Shown here: positions 19,390-28,971 of the stretch, piece after piece
Layout of the letters: every line of letters starts with the position of its first letter
How positions within the stretch are numbered: position 1 is the stretch's first letter
Virus record (IMG/VR): IMGVR_UViG_3300031754_000003
Span: 5,826-69,825 of that record
DNA from: a virus
DNA length: 64,000 bases
Direction: 5' to 3' (one strand)
Position numbers and translations under genes: made by a program
The notes under the pieces: model-generated
What the model saw: only the letters and a program-made list of their open reading frames with translations
Told to the model about the DNA's origin: nothing
Databases searched by the model: none

Positions 19390-20866
19390 GATTGATACTC
19401 CCGTTATTGCCAACTGCGGTCCATGGCCACCAGGTTGTCTTGCCGGATGTGTTAAGCGGCGCCGATGTATTCACATAGATTCCATTCCAAGTGATGGCGC
19501 TGGCTACCGATGGAGTCGGCTGGGTGAACTCAATGTATCCGGTTTGACCATCGTGCACGTAGGGCGGCGCGGGCAATGTGCAGGGGCACGATGACGTACC
19601 CGTCAGGCTGATATTGAAGCCGTTTTTTAGATCGGGGGCAGCGAACGTGCTGCTCGTTAAAGTCACCGCCGCATACCCGATCGGGTGCATGAAGCGCTGC
19701 CAGTCGAAGTCCGTCTCGGCCTGGGTCGATCCGTAAAGGGGATCGGTCTGGTTCCACGATACATCGAAGGTGCAGTTTGTGCATCCTCCGGTAATCCCAG
19801 CCTCATGAAAGACGCTCGAACCCGTGCCGCTATACCCGGCGCTGCACAGCATCGCCGCAACCGAGATGGCGGAGGATGCGGCCGACTCGAAATCGAGGCA
19901 GTAGTTGTTTGCTGAAGCACTCGCGCCGGCGCAGCGCACCGCGCTGACTTGAATATTAGACGCCCCGTTAAACTGTATACATGAGCCCTGGTCAGCTATC
20001 ATGTTATTGATGACGTTGCCGGTGCCGAGCATCTTGATCCCGAAGCCGGTCCCGCCTAGCGTCTGCATCGTCAACATCGCGAAATTTGCTTTAGAGCAAC
20101 CAACGTCGCAGAATATTCCGACCGCTGGCGCAAGCATGGTTACGTTCGTCACCTGGAGGTTGGTGCAGGTGGTATGGCACCAGACCGGCGTTCCGACAGC
20201 CGCGAAGGTCACATCCATCAGCCGGTCGTTGAGCACCGCTCCGCTCGCCGACCCCACGTTGATCCCGTAGCCACAGTTCCGCATCACCATATGGAGCAGA
20301 GTGTTGCCACCGGTGTTCGTTGCCTCGTTGTCCACGCATACCGTATTCGACCCGGCCGTACTGCCGTTGCCGAGGATCGCGAACCCAGTCAACGTATCGC
20401 TGTTGCCAAACTTGAAACAGACAGTGGTCGTGCTAAGCCCAGAGCAGTCAACGACCGTGTTCTGGACTCCATTTGATCCAACGTACGGTGTTCCACTAAT
20501 TGAACCAACGATCGTGCAACCGTCATGCCCAGTCAAATCAATAGTGTTACTGATCGTCCACGTGCCTTCAGAGAGGAATATCGGGTTGGTATTAGTGCAT
20601 GTAGGAAGCGCGGCGGTAATAGTCGCATCAGTTCTTGGTGCCGCGCCGTTAGGAAGCACATTATACGTAGTCCCCCCGCCACCTGCCCCACCGCCGCACG
20701 CGCCCGATGCAAACCCCGTCAATACGCCGCTGGTATAGGTGGCGCATGATGGCCCCGTGGTGCAATTTGAGCCGCTACACGAACTTTCCAGAGTGATTGT
20801 ACCCGTAGTCTGGGCATTAGCCGTCGTGACAAACAACAAACTGAGAATGAGATAAAAGATCAGCAT
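19367..20866 (-). CDS. signal-peptide-bearing Cys-rich beta-helix / tail-fibre-like protein
   Basis: Start re-assigned to MLIFYLILSLLFVTTANA|Q; ends LGPSFHN. Confidence 0.7.
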   Translation of the reverse strand: MLIFYLILSLLFVTTANAQTTGTITLESSCSGSNCTTGPSCATYTSGVLTGFASGACGGGAGGGGTTYNVLPNGAAPRTDATITAALPTCTNTNPIFLSEGTWTISNTIDLTGHDGCTIVGSISGTPYVGSNGVQNTVVDCSGLSTTTVCFKFGNSDTLTGFAILGNGSTAGSNTVCVDNEATNTGGNTLLHMVMRNCGYGINVGSASGAVLNDRLMDVTFAAVGTPVWCHTTCTNLQVTNVTMLAPAVGIFCDVGCSKANFAMLTMQTLGGTGFGIKMLGTGNVINNMIADQGSCIQFNGASNIQVSAVRCAGASASANNYCLDFESAASSAISVAAMLCSAGYSGTGSSVFHEAGITGGCTNCTFDVSWNQTDPLYGSTQAETDFDWQRFMHPIGYAAVTLTSSTFAAPDLKNGFNISLTGTSSCPCTLPAPPYVHDGQTGYIEFTQPTPSVASAITWNGIYVNTSAPLNTSGKTTWWPWTAVGNNGSINLGPSFHN

Positions 20867-21090
20867 GGACCCGGAACGGTGTTGGTTAAGATGCCGTTCG
20901 TGTGAACCAGACACGTTGGCGCTGGGACGCAGTTGGAAGTGTCGCAGGCGCTGACCATCGTGATGTTTATGGTCATTCCAGACGGCGCCATATTTCCCCC
21001 GCCACCATGAGGGATTCTCGCCACGGCAGAGCCGGCAAGGCCTATGGCAATCAGCGAAAGCCAGAGCCAACGAATTAAAATTGTGCCCAT
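20860..21090 (-). CDS. small secreted 4-Cys protein
   Basis: RWLWLSLIAIGLAGSAVA|RIPHGGGG, then a 4-Cys module matching the N-terminus of the downstream gene. Confidence 0.65.
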   Translation of the reverse strand: MGTILIRWLWLSLIAIGLAGSAVARIPHGGGGNMAPSGMTINITMVSACDTSNCVPAPTCLVHTNGILTNTVPGPC

Positions 21091-21665
21091 ACGATGCTAC
21101 CGCTAACCTGGGCAGCGGAGCTAACAAGCAGGCATACATTATCAGCCAGCGTTGCCGTCCGTGCGACAATACCCTGCCCATTGCCAAGTGTTAGCCCGCC
21201 ATTAGATGCTAGATTCCATCCGGTCGCTGCGGTCGCTCCTCCCGCCATGCCAGCGACGCTAGTTGCACAGGCGCTGCCAGTCCCTTCAACAAGAGCAATG
21301 TTATCAGCCGTGCTCGTGATGAGGTTGATGCTGCAAACGTACGTCTGCTTACCAGAAGTCCCCGTGATGATCTGGCCGCTTGCTGTGATGCTAATCGGTG
21401 TCGAGGTCGTGTTCCCGACCGTGGCTCCGGCACACCCGGCCGTGATCGTAATCTGTCCCGACCCATTTATCCCCAGCGCGTTAACTCCGGCCGCATCGAG
21501 GATTTGATACTGAGGGATGAAGGCTCCGGAACTGCCACCAAAGCAAATCGTTTGTGTGGTGCCTCCGGCATCTTTAAGGGTCAAAGAAGTGCCGGGGCAT
21601 GCAGCTACCGCCGCACTGCTGGCAAGAATCCAGATCAGTATCGCAAGAGAGAGAGAGCGTTTCAT
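21075..21665 (-). CDS. secreted beta-sandwich protein, paralog of 45262-46110
   Basis: MKRSLSLAILIWILASSAAVA|A; GKQTYVCS...LVEGTGSAC...NGG...GNG...CLL motif. Confidence 0.72.
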   Translation of the reverse strand: MKRSLSLAILIWILASSAAVAACPGTSLTLKDAGGTTQTICFGGSSGAFIPQYQILDAAGVNALGINGSGQITITAGCAGATVGNTTSTPISITASGQIITGTSGKQTYVCSINLITSTADNIALVEGTGSACATSVAGMAGGATAATGWNLASNGGLTLGNGQGIVARTATLADNVCLLVSSAAQVSGSIVWAQF

Positions 21666-21826
21666 CGGACCACCGCCGTTATGCTGTTGCATATGTTTGT
21701 CCAATCAAAGACCAGGTTTGTAGAGCACGACCCGCCGCCGCCGCTCGTGGGTGCCATTGTAAGATTGGCATGCCCCAAGGCAATGCCGCTGAGGATCGCA
21801 GCAACTATGAGAAGCAAGCGTATCAT
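21662..21826 (-). CDS. 54-aa secreted 2-Cys peptide
   Basis: MIRLLLIVAAILSGIALGHA|NLTMAPTSGGGGSCSTNLVFDWTNICNSITAVVR; ATGA overlap downstream; not in the ORF track. Confidence 0.68.
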   Translation of the reverse strand: MIRLLLIVAAILSGIALGHANLTMAPTSGGGGSCSTNLVFDWTNICNSITAVVR

Positions 21827-21827
21827 A

Positions 21828-22772
21828 TTACTGCCATACCTGGATTGATTTGATCACAGTCGTCTGACCGCTACCGCTTGATACGTTGATACAGTTGTGC
21901 TGCGTGAGCGCTTGATTGATCTGATCGCCGGTCGTGAAGTTGACCGTGTTCGGTGTTGTGGGATTGAGTGTTTCGGGTGTCGAGGTATTCGCAGCAAAGT
22001 AGCCAGCGAAGAAGCCGGTCCCGCCATTTTGCGCCGGGGAGACGAGTAGCGTCCCATAGACTTGACCAGCGTGGTTGCCGCCGCCGCCTTGATCGCGTTG
22101 ATACGCATGATTGACCTGAGCTGGGGTATTCCAATTCGGGCTAGGTAACCAAGAGACGATGTCAGCTACCCACGAGCCATCTGCCAGTAGCGATTCAAAG
22201 GTATCTATCTCCGTCATGCTGGCCACCCCTGGTGCCGCAGCAGAATAGTATTCGGTCGGTAACATCCATGGGAACACCGGCCACCAACCAGTCCCCCCGG
22301 ATCTACCTGATGGAGCCGATCCTATCACGGTCTTGATATAGAAAGGCCCGGTGATGGTCGTGCCTATCCACTGCCCCGCGGTGCCGTTTGTGATGCAACT
22401 CGTGAGGTCGATGCCTGGGTTGCTGGTGTCGCTGCCGGTCGTTAAGATCTGGATGCCACCGCCGGCCGCGGCTGTGTACCAGCTTCCTGGCGTTGGAGGG
22501 TCTGTCTGTCCAGCGGTGTTTCCCGAGTAGAGTCCAGGCCATCCGATCCTCCTATAGAGCAAATACCCAGGATTGCCCGTATTGCTGACGTCTACTTGGC
22601 TGATATTATTGAGACAGTAAACCTCGTGTGTGTAGCCCCACGTTACGGCCGGTGCCGGGATCGAGTCGGTACAAGCCAAGGACGGCGCCCCTCCCCCGCT
22701 GAAAACCGTCTTCTCTTGCGCGATGGACGCAATCAGGAGCAAGCAAAGCGCGAGACCGAGTACCCTTAGCAT
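21828..22772 (-). CDS. secreted GH16/ConA-like (laminin-G) fold protein, possible glycanase
   Basis: MLRVLGLALCLLLIASIA signal; WWPVFPWML...EIDTFE resembles the GH16 WPAFW...EIDxxE catalytic motif. Confidence 0.55.
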   Translation of the reverse strand: MLRVLGLALCLLLIASIAQEKTVFSGGGAPSLACTDSIPAPAVTWGYTHEVYCLNNISQVDVSNTGNPGYLLYRRIGWPGLYSGNTAGQTDPPTPGSWYTAAAGGGIQILTTGSDTSNPGIDLTSCITNGTAGQWIGTTITGPFYIKTVIGSAPSGRSGGTGWWPVFPWMLPTEYYSAAAPGVASMTEIDTFESLLADGSWVADIVSWLPSPNWNTPAQVNHAYQRDQGGGGNHAGQVYGTLLVSPAQNGGTGFFAGYFAANTSTPETLNPTTPNTVNFTTGDQINQALTQHNCINVSSGSGQTTVIKSIQVWQ

Positions 22773-23737
22773 GAACCGCGGACTGCCGTTAAATAGGCAC
22801 ACAGCCGATTTGTGATGCCCGTGCCGCTGGCGACGTCGCTGCCCGTGCTGCTGATCTGCGCCGCAGTCAGATGCGAGCCGAAATGTGCCGCAGCAATCTG
22901 GTATGGAGTGCCGCCGTTACCGGCGCCACCAGTGGTGGAAAGGTTGAGAATATAGACGTTATTATTCGCAACTGCCGCAGGTGAGCCGCCTCCGGTCGCT
23001 ACGGAACCACCACGCCAATAAGCTGTCAGATTACCTGATCCAGACGCGCGATCACAATCAATTGCACCAAAACTATCAGCAGTACCAAACACTGTTCCAG
23101 TAAAAGCATTGTTTAGAAAGCACTGCAAATTGCTGCCAGCTGTAAATATTACCACTCCATCAGCGGTGGTGCCGTCATAACTACCCATCGAAAAATTGAC
23201 GTTACCCGTCGCCGCCGTCAGACTCCACAGCCCCATATTGGAGTTACCCAAGGCGAAGTGTCCGCCATCGGTCGTGGGGTTGCATCCCGTATCTAGATAC
23301 ACCGTGGTACTAGATGCTACCCCGGTATACCCGGCATTCGCGGCAAACGCGGGAGAGCCGTGGGCTGTGATAGTGCAATTACTCGATACTAGATTGAGCG
23401 CGGCAACCGCCGTGTTCGTCCCTGTCGCCGTGTCGGTGGCGAGCGTATAAAGACCGTCTAGGTTCGCAAATACGCCATCGGTCACCAGCCCGCAAATCAG
23501 CCTGTCATAGGCGCCTATATGACCGGTGCTTGGAACACTTCCATCAAGCGTCGCCGGCAACGCCCATACGCGCGCAAAGAACGTCGTCGACTGGGAGCAG
23601 CTACCGGTCGGCGCTCCGCCTCCGGGAGACGTCGGCGCGAGAGTGAGATTGGCACGTGCCGTCTCGTGTTCCCCAAGCGAGGCAAGTCCCGCAGCGACAA
23701 AGCCGACAATGACCGCGAGCAGTAAGCATCGCCCCAT
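22766..23737 (-). CDS. secreted ConA/LamG-like lectin-type phage protein
   Basis: Hydrophobic N-terminal signal; GLVTDGVFANLDGLY...ALNLV...YLDTG pattern seen in phage tail-associated proteins. Confidence 0.6.
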   Translation of the reverse strand: MGRCLLLAVIVGFVAAGLASLGEHETARANLTLAPTSPGGGAPTGSCSQSTTFFARVWALPATLDGSVPSTGHIGAYDRLICGLVTDGVFANLDGLYTLATDTATGTNTAVAALNLVSSNCTITAHGSPAFAANAGYTGVASSTTVYLDTGCNPTTDGGHFALGNSNMGLWSLTAATGNVNFSMGSYDGTTADGVVIFTAGSNLQCFLNNAFTGTVFGTADSFGAIDCDRASGSGNLTAYWRGGSVATGGGSPAAVANNNVYILNLSTTGGAGNGGTPYQIAAAHFGSHLTAAQISSTGSDVASGTGITNRLCAYLTAVRGSC

Positions 23738-23743
23738 TAGGGG

Positions 23744-25450
23744 TTACCTAAAGTTAAAGAAGCAGGTACCAGACCCTGTTGCAGAACTCCCGACCTGCTT
23801 CATCCCAACATACGTATTCGTCGCGATTTGCGTCGGCGACGTTGCTAACGTTAGAACCACCTCGGTTCCAGCCGCCGTAGTCATATCAAACGTGCCGCTT
23901 GACGCGATCAAGTTCGTCCCCGCATCTAAGAGCCCAGTATTGGTCTGCTCGAAGAAGCTGAGCGCCGAGGCCGAACCTTGGGCTATGTCATTGATACAGC
24001 GGATCGAGAGAAGCACTCCTGGTGACAGGAAGACGCCAGCGCGAATCCCGTGCGTCGATAAAGACATATCCTGCCCGACCGCCCAACTCAGCGCAAATGG
24101 TTGGGTCTGTCCTAGTGGAGCGGTAAAAGCCGTGGTGCCGGAGGCGCCAGCAGTCGTCAGGATCGTCGTGAGATTGTTGGGGATGGTGATCGCCGCCCCC
24201 ACTGGGCCGCCGTTGATGCCATCGGCTCCATTAGGAGTTAGGGTAGCCGTTACTCCTCGGGTCTCTAGTACCACGCAACCATTGGTGCTGAGCGTCGTTG
24301 CGACAGGCAACGTGATATTAATAGCCGCCGAGGTCAGCACGAATACTTGGCAAGCTCTCCACTCAGATTGGCTGACTGCATGCGGCGAGGTTGGGTTAAG
24401 GGTCGTTCCTCCGTTCGTCGTACCATCGATGACCCATGCCGATGCCGCCGCATTCGTAGCCAGGCACATCGAGAAAGCAGTGTTGGGTATCTCGCCCCCG
24501 CTCAGTACTAAGAAGCCGCCGACCACCGACTGTATGTTAATCGGTAAGGCTGGTGCTGTTCCGACCGCCAGCGTTGATGTACTCGTATTTCCGATCGAAG
24601 CCGCCCCAATCCCACAAACACGATAATATGCCGCGTTTGCCGAAACCGCGGGGGACGGCGAGGCCATCACATAGACATTGGCCGAACTCTGTGTGATCGT
24701 GCCAATGGATTGTGTCGCGGTCCCGCCACTAGAGCCATTCGACGCCGCTGTGACGCGCCCTTGCGCATCTAGTGTTATGTTTGAGTTCGTGAATGAGCCA
24801 ACGCCCGGCCCCGTGTTTGGCATCGAACAGGTGCCACTGGTGGTGATCGTACCACCGCTTAGGCCAGCGCCACACGTAATGGATGTGACCGTACCGCCGG
24901 AGCCCGGCGCTCCACCATCGATAGCGTTACCGTTAGCATCATAGACAAGTTGGTGTCCGGCGGTCTTCGTGGCACTTGTCGCTGACTGAACCTCCGTCGC
25001 ACCACTTGTCCCTGATAGCGGCAAGCTCGATGTAATTGTGCTGGCACTACCAGCGATAGGCACTTGCCCGGTGGTCATACCGCTTAGACCAACGGATGCC
25101 CAAGTCCCATCCCCCCGCCAGAATGTCGATGACGATGCCCCGGTACCAGAGTTGAGGTTCCCGACTGGAAGGTTGCCGGTAATGCCGCCAGCGCCTCCTA
25201 CAGCAAGATTTGCGGGACCGATCTTGGTTTGAAGATAGGTGACTAGTTGAGAATTGGTGCCGCGCACCATCACCGTGCCGCTGGCAGGGCAATTAGTCGA
25301 ATGATCCTGACAAATCCAAAAGGTATCGGCATCGGCCATCGCTGCGGCGCCGGTCGCAGCCCCAAGGTATAAGGTGCCGGTAGGCGCCTGCCCAAACGCG
25401 GACGCCGACACAACAAGCAGACAGAATGCGAGCAATATGCTCTTGCGCAT
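23744..25450 (-). CDS. signal-peptide-bearing tail-fibre-like protein
   Basis: [20 protein letters not shown]|Q; fibre motifs [64 protein letters not shown]. Confidence 0.75.
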   Translation of the reverse strand: MRKSILLAFCLLVVSASAFGQAPTGTLYLGAATGAAAMADADTFWICQDHSTNCPASGTVMVRGTNSQLVTYLQTKIGPANLAVGGAGGITGNLPVGNLNSGTGASSSTFWRGDGTWASVGLSGMTTGQVPIAGSASTITSSLPLSGTSGATEVQSATSATKTAGHQLVYDANGNAIDGGAPGSGGTVTSITCGAGLSGGTITTSGTCSMPNTGPGVGSFTNSNITLDAQGRVTAASNGSSGGTATQSIGTITQSSANVYVMASPSPAVSANAAYYRVCGIGAASIGNTSTSTLAVGTAPALPINIQSVVGGFLVLSGGEIPNTAFSMCLATNAAASAWVIDGTTNGGTTLNPTSPHAVSQSEWRACQVFVLTSAAINITLPVATTLSTNGCVVLETRGVTATLTPNGADGINGGPVGAAITIPNNLTTILTTAGASGTTAFTAPLGQTQPFALSWAVGQDMSLSTHGIRAGVFLSPGVLLSIRCINDIAQGSASALSFFEQTNTGLLDAGTNLIASSGTFDMTTAAGTEVVLTLATSPTQIATNTYVGMKQVGSSATGSGTCFFNFR

Positions 25451-25454
25451 GATT

Positions 25455-26264
25455 TCAGTTCCCTAGAGCTAAGCCGTTGCCTGTTGCCAACGCTTGACCA
25501 CTTCCTGTTGCAAGGGCGACGGTTCCGCCGCCACCGCCACACGATCCATTCGAAGCTGAGGTGATCTGCCCCGATGCGTTCACCGTGATCGTTGGACAGG
25601 TGTACGTCCCGGCCGTCACCCCCGTAGCCACAATCGTTGCTGATTGTGAGCCTGATCCTGGTCCCGCTACCACAGCGCCCGTAAGTTGGGTAATCGCCGC
25701 TGAGCCGCACGAGCCCGTGGCTATTGAAGTCACCTGACCAGCAGCGTTCACCGTCGCAGTCGGACAAGTGTAACTCCCCGGCGTAACCCCAGTCGGCGTA
25801 ATCGCCGTCGTTACCGAGCCTGGTCCAAGTCCTGTCACCGGCCCTGTTAAGGCGGTGATTCCTGTCGCCGGGAAATTAACGCAGACATTAGCTAAGCAGT
25901 TGATCGTCTTGTTTGTCAGCGTTTGCTGATCATTTAGGGTAGCGAGAATATTCCCAGGAATGTAGAGCAGAGAGCTGTCCGATGGACTGGGGGCGACGGG
26001 GATGCGCAAGCCCGAGGTTAGAGGAGTGGTTGCGGCCGGTGATGTGTAGACGTAGCTTTCTAATCCCGTGCAACCCAGCCCCTGCCCAAGCCCCGGTGGG
26101 CAACCCTGCACTGGAGCTGCCAGATGAGGCTTCGCCGAGCGCGTAGTCGGCGGTTTCAGAGTAAAGCTAGGCGGATGGCGGTGGTTTGTATCCGCAGCGA
26201 CAGAAGGTAATGCTACACCAAGACCGAGAGCAAAGGCGGTCAGACGTAAGAGGAGCCCTGTCAA
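25455..26264 (-). CDS. signal-peptide-bearing tail-fibre-like protein with two internal repeats
   Basis: TTG start: [24 protein letters not shown]|D; QTLTNKTI motif; two copies of TGVTxGxYTCPTxTVNAxGQxTS...GSC. Confidence 0.7.
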   Translation of the reverse strand: MTGLLLRLTAFALGLGVALPSVAADTNHRHPPSFTLKPPTTRSAKPHLAAPVQGCPPGLGQGLGCTGLESYVYTSPAATTPLTSGLRIPVAPSPSDSSLLYIPGNILATLNDQQTLTNKTINCLANVCVNFPATGITALTGPVTGLGPGSVTTAITPTGVTPGSYTCPTATVNAAGQVTSIATGSCGSAAITQLTGAVVAGPGSGSQSATIVATGVTAGTYTCPTITVNASGQITSASNGSCGGGGGTVALATGSGQALATGNGLALGN

Positions 26265-26349
26265 AATCCAGCCCGCCCTCGCATCGTAATGGCTAGAACA
26301 GCCAATTCTTCGCAGAAGACTACCGAAATCTCGACAAAAAATGAAGGGC

Positions 26350-28971
26350 TCATTGTTGAGTGTGAGCGAGGATGCCTGATGGAGGCCCAGCGCCCCCAAG
26401 ATACACATGTGGAATTCCCCACGGGACACCGGCGCCAGGCGTATATCCCGTCATCGTTCGCCCCTGTTCTTTTTGCATTCTGCGGTTCATTCTCTCCCAC
26501 CAGCCTGGGTGGAGTCCTTCGAAGACATGATAATAAAAGAGGTAATCAGCCGCGCCCTTGAGATAGAAAAGGTTCTGAAACGGAATATGGCCGATGGCCC
26601 ATCGCGCTAGTTCCGGCCATACATCGCCTTTTTGGGTGGTGCCAATGCTCTGTAGCCACCTAGTATAGATATCAGCCAGCGCACCCACATCGCTTGTCAC
26701 GGGACCACCTAGCGTCTGCGCTTTCGATCCTCCCATACGGTTGGCTTCGCCGAAGAGGAAATCTCCAAAAATACCGAGACCGCCGCCCTGCGCCAATGCC
26801 GCTAACGCTATCTTTGCTGCATCTCCAGGGTTCTGCGGCGTGCGGGGCGGCTGCCCATAGGCGAGGTCACGCGCCGTCATCCGAAGGTAGCCACCAAGCA
26901 TCGAGAGCGCCACAACAGCGCCTATGCCGGACGCGGCACGCCCCCAAGTCAGATTGTTATAGATCTCGCGACCGATCACTTGGTGCATTGCGGCGATCGG
27001 CCATGTCTTGAACTGCATCAGGCTCGATAGCATCTCGTCCTGCCACGAGCCTGGCTTCATGCTTCCTCGGAGCATTGCTTGCTCGCGCGGCCCAGCGGTC
27101 ACAGTCGCGTGGTCAGCCGCATCCTGATAGTACATCGCGAGTTTCTCAGCGAGATCCCGACCTCCAGGTGTCGCAAGTGCCGCATGGGGAGTCAGATATT
27201 CGAGGCCGTTGGGCGCACGAAGATCGGGACCATTGGCCCTCAGCATATCCCATTCTGGCTTGTCGATTCCGTAGCGCTTGAGCACAGTCTGCAAACTTGG
27301 GTGAAGATTCGTGAATTCCTTACCCGCCTGTTGTGCAAGATTGTTCGACAGCATCTCCCGCATACCGGCCTTGGCGTGACCGAACAGGTAAGGCAATCCC
27401 GTCGCTCTCATGAAGCGATTGTGCATCGCGGCGACGTAACCGGGAACATTCCTGCCATGCGCGAACGGATCTGCAGTGTATCGGGAGACTCCGTCTCCAT
27501 AAGCACCGAGCGAAGCCAGTCTGGAACGCCTCTCTACATCCGATAGGCCCTCGGGGATCATCCCCTTCACCATCTTACCGAGCGCCCCCAATGTGCCGAT
27601 ACCGTGTATCCGAGCCTCACTTGGGAAAGTCGCTACCAATGAACCGGCGTGCGTGCCTGCCACAAAGCCGAGGTACACCATATCGTAGAAGGCCCGCGCG
27701 GTTGAGCCGATACGATGCCACAGATCATTCTCTGGATTGTTCGCCCGTCCGTCGAGCCGCTGCATCAGATTGTCAAGGCCTGGCCGCACGAATGGCGTGC
27801 CCTTTACCTGCGACTGGAATCTGACCACGCCATCAGGATCGCTATCGCGGAACTGCTCCTCGATCCGCCTGATGATCAGAGAGAGATTGTTCGCTGGGTT
27901 CGTGCCGAAGAAGTGCATCAATGCCGATTGGCGTCCGCCGCGTTCTGCGGCATGGTCAATCAACGAGTACCAATTGGTGTGCGATCCATAGAGTTGCATG
28001 TACTCAGCCCACGCCGAGGCGCTGTTGGGTTGGATTACTCGGCCTTCTGATAGTCGCCGCGCCATATTGCCGCCAGCAATTTCGTAGCGTCCCGCAGCCG
28101 CGGCAGGAAGTGCGCCGCCTGGCGTCAGGCTTTCGCCAGTCCCCATATGGACTCCGGTAAGCTTCGCATTGAAGATCGATTGCCAGAAGCGCGTCGTGGC
28201 GTCCGCATCACTCTCGCCCTCGCGTGGGACGATCGGATCAATTGGTTTGAACCTGGGCTCAATGACGCTGCGCCATCGGCTGAATGCCTCATCGAAATCA
28301 GCGGTGGGCTCCATGCCGCGACCGCCGCGGCGCATCAGATCGCGATCGTGTGAGGTCGAAGCGATCCAATCATGAGCGTCGGCGATCCGCGCCCCCTCAC
28401 TGTTCTGAGTCACACGGATCGACTCTAGCAGCGGCCGGATGATATCCGCGATGTCCTGGAATGGCTTTGCGGCGGTCGGATAATCGATCATCAGCCCACG
28501 CTTTTGGGCGATCGCGATGGCGATATCGCGGAAGTTCGCCGGATCGGCCGCGGCTTTCAGGAGGCCGGCTTTGTGAAGTTCGGCGTCAGCTACAGAGATC
28601 CACGAATTGTGGCGCGCCCGCCCGAGTGTTGTGACGTTCTCGACAGGGTTCGTCCCAGCCGTCCAATCCATGCGAGAGAGGATCTGATTGACGCTTCCGG
28701 CGATCCCGCCTGTCGTGGCTTCTGTGATCCTCGCCTGCCGCACGGTAGCGTTACGGATCGCATCGATTCGGTTATTCGCGGCCCGCTGTTTCATGTCTCG
28801 TGCGAGTGACCACGCAGCAGTTACGATCGGATCTTCTACGCCACTGCGCCGTTGCCGCTCGCCACCCTCAGCCGTCTCTTCGAGTAACGCTCGCGCTTCT
28901 TCCTGGCCGATGGAACCGCGCGCCGCGATCCTTGCGATACAAGCAGAGAAATTCGAAATGTTGATGTCCAT
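26350..28971 (-). CDS. large internal virion (ejection) protein
   Basis: Position after other ejection genes; helical Ala/Gly-rich; MQFKTWP and GGLGIFGDFLFG motifs of podoviral ejection proteins. Confidence 0.7.
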   Translation of the reverse strand: MDINISNFSACIARIAARGSIGQEEARALLEETAEGGERQRRSGVEDPIVTAAWSLARDMKQRAANNRIDAIRNATVRQARITEATTGGIAGSVNQILSRMDWTAGTNPVENVTTLGRARHNSWISVADAELHKAGLLKAAADPANFRDIAIAIAQKRGLMIDYPTAAKPFQDIADIIRPLLESIRVTQNSEGARIADAHDWIASTSHDRDLMRRGGRGMEPTADFDEAFSRWRSVIEPRFKPIDPIVPREGESDADATTRFWQSIFNAKLTGVHMGTGESLTPGGALPAAAAGRYEIAGGNMARRLSEGRVIQPNSASAWAEYMQLYGSHTNWYSLIDHAAERGGRQSALMHFFGTNPANNLSLIIRRIEEQFRDSDPDGVVRFQSQVKGTPFVRPGLDNLMQRLDGRANNPENDLWHRIGSTARAFYDMVYLGFVAGTHAGSLVATFPSEARIHGIGTLGALGKMVKGMIPEGLSDVERRSRLASLGAYGDGVSRYTADPFAHGRNVPGYVAAMHNRFMRATGLPYLFGHAKAGMREMLSNNLAQQAGKEFTNLHPSLQTVLKRYGIDKPEWDMLRANGPDLRAPNGLEYLTPHAALATPGGRDLAEKLAMYYQDAADHATVTAGPREQAMLRGSMKPGSWQDEMLSSLMQFKTWPIAAMHQVIGREIYNNLTWGRAASGIGAVVALSMLGGYLRMTARDLAYGQPPRTPQNPGDAAKIALAALAQGGGLGIFGDFLFGEANRMGGSKAQTLGGPVTSDVGALADIYTRWLQSIGTTQKGDVWPELARWAIGHIPFQNLFYLKGAADYLFYYHVFEGLHPGWWERMNRRMQKEQGRTMTGYTPGAGVPWGIPHVYLGGAGPPSGILAHTQQ

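Noticed and set aside
20867-21187. N-terminal extensions in the ORF track (also 41663-41839, 26265-26429, 54752-54931, 59510-59623)
   Set aside because: They overlap upstream genes; downstream starts have an RBS or stop/start overlap and expose clean signal peptides or family N-termini
23526-24626. 366-aa + strand ORF and many similar antisense ORFs across the late operon
   Set aside because: Shadow frames of GC-rich, Gly/Thr/Ala-rich minus-strand genes; no RBS or recognisable motifs
11098-26264. BPP-1-type diversity-generating retroelement
   Set aside because: No reverse transcriptase or Avd ORF, and no TR/VR pair differing at adenines was seen in this window
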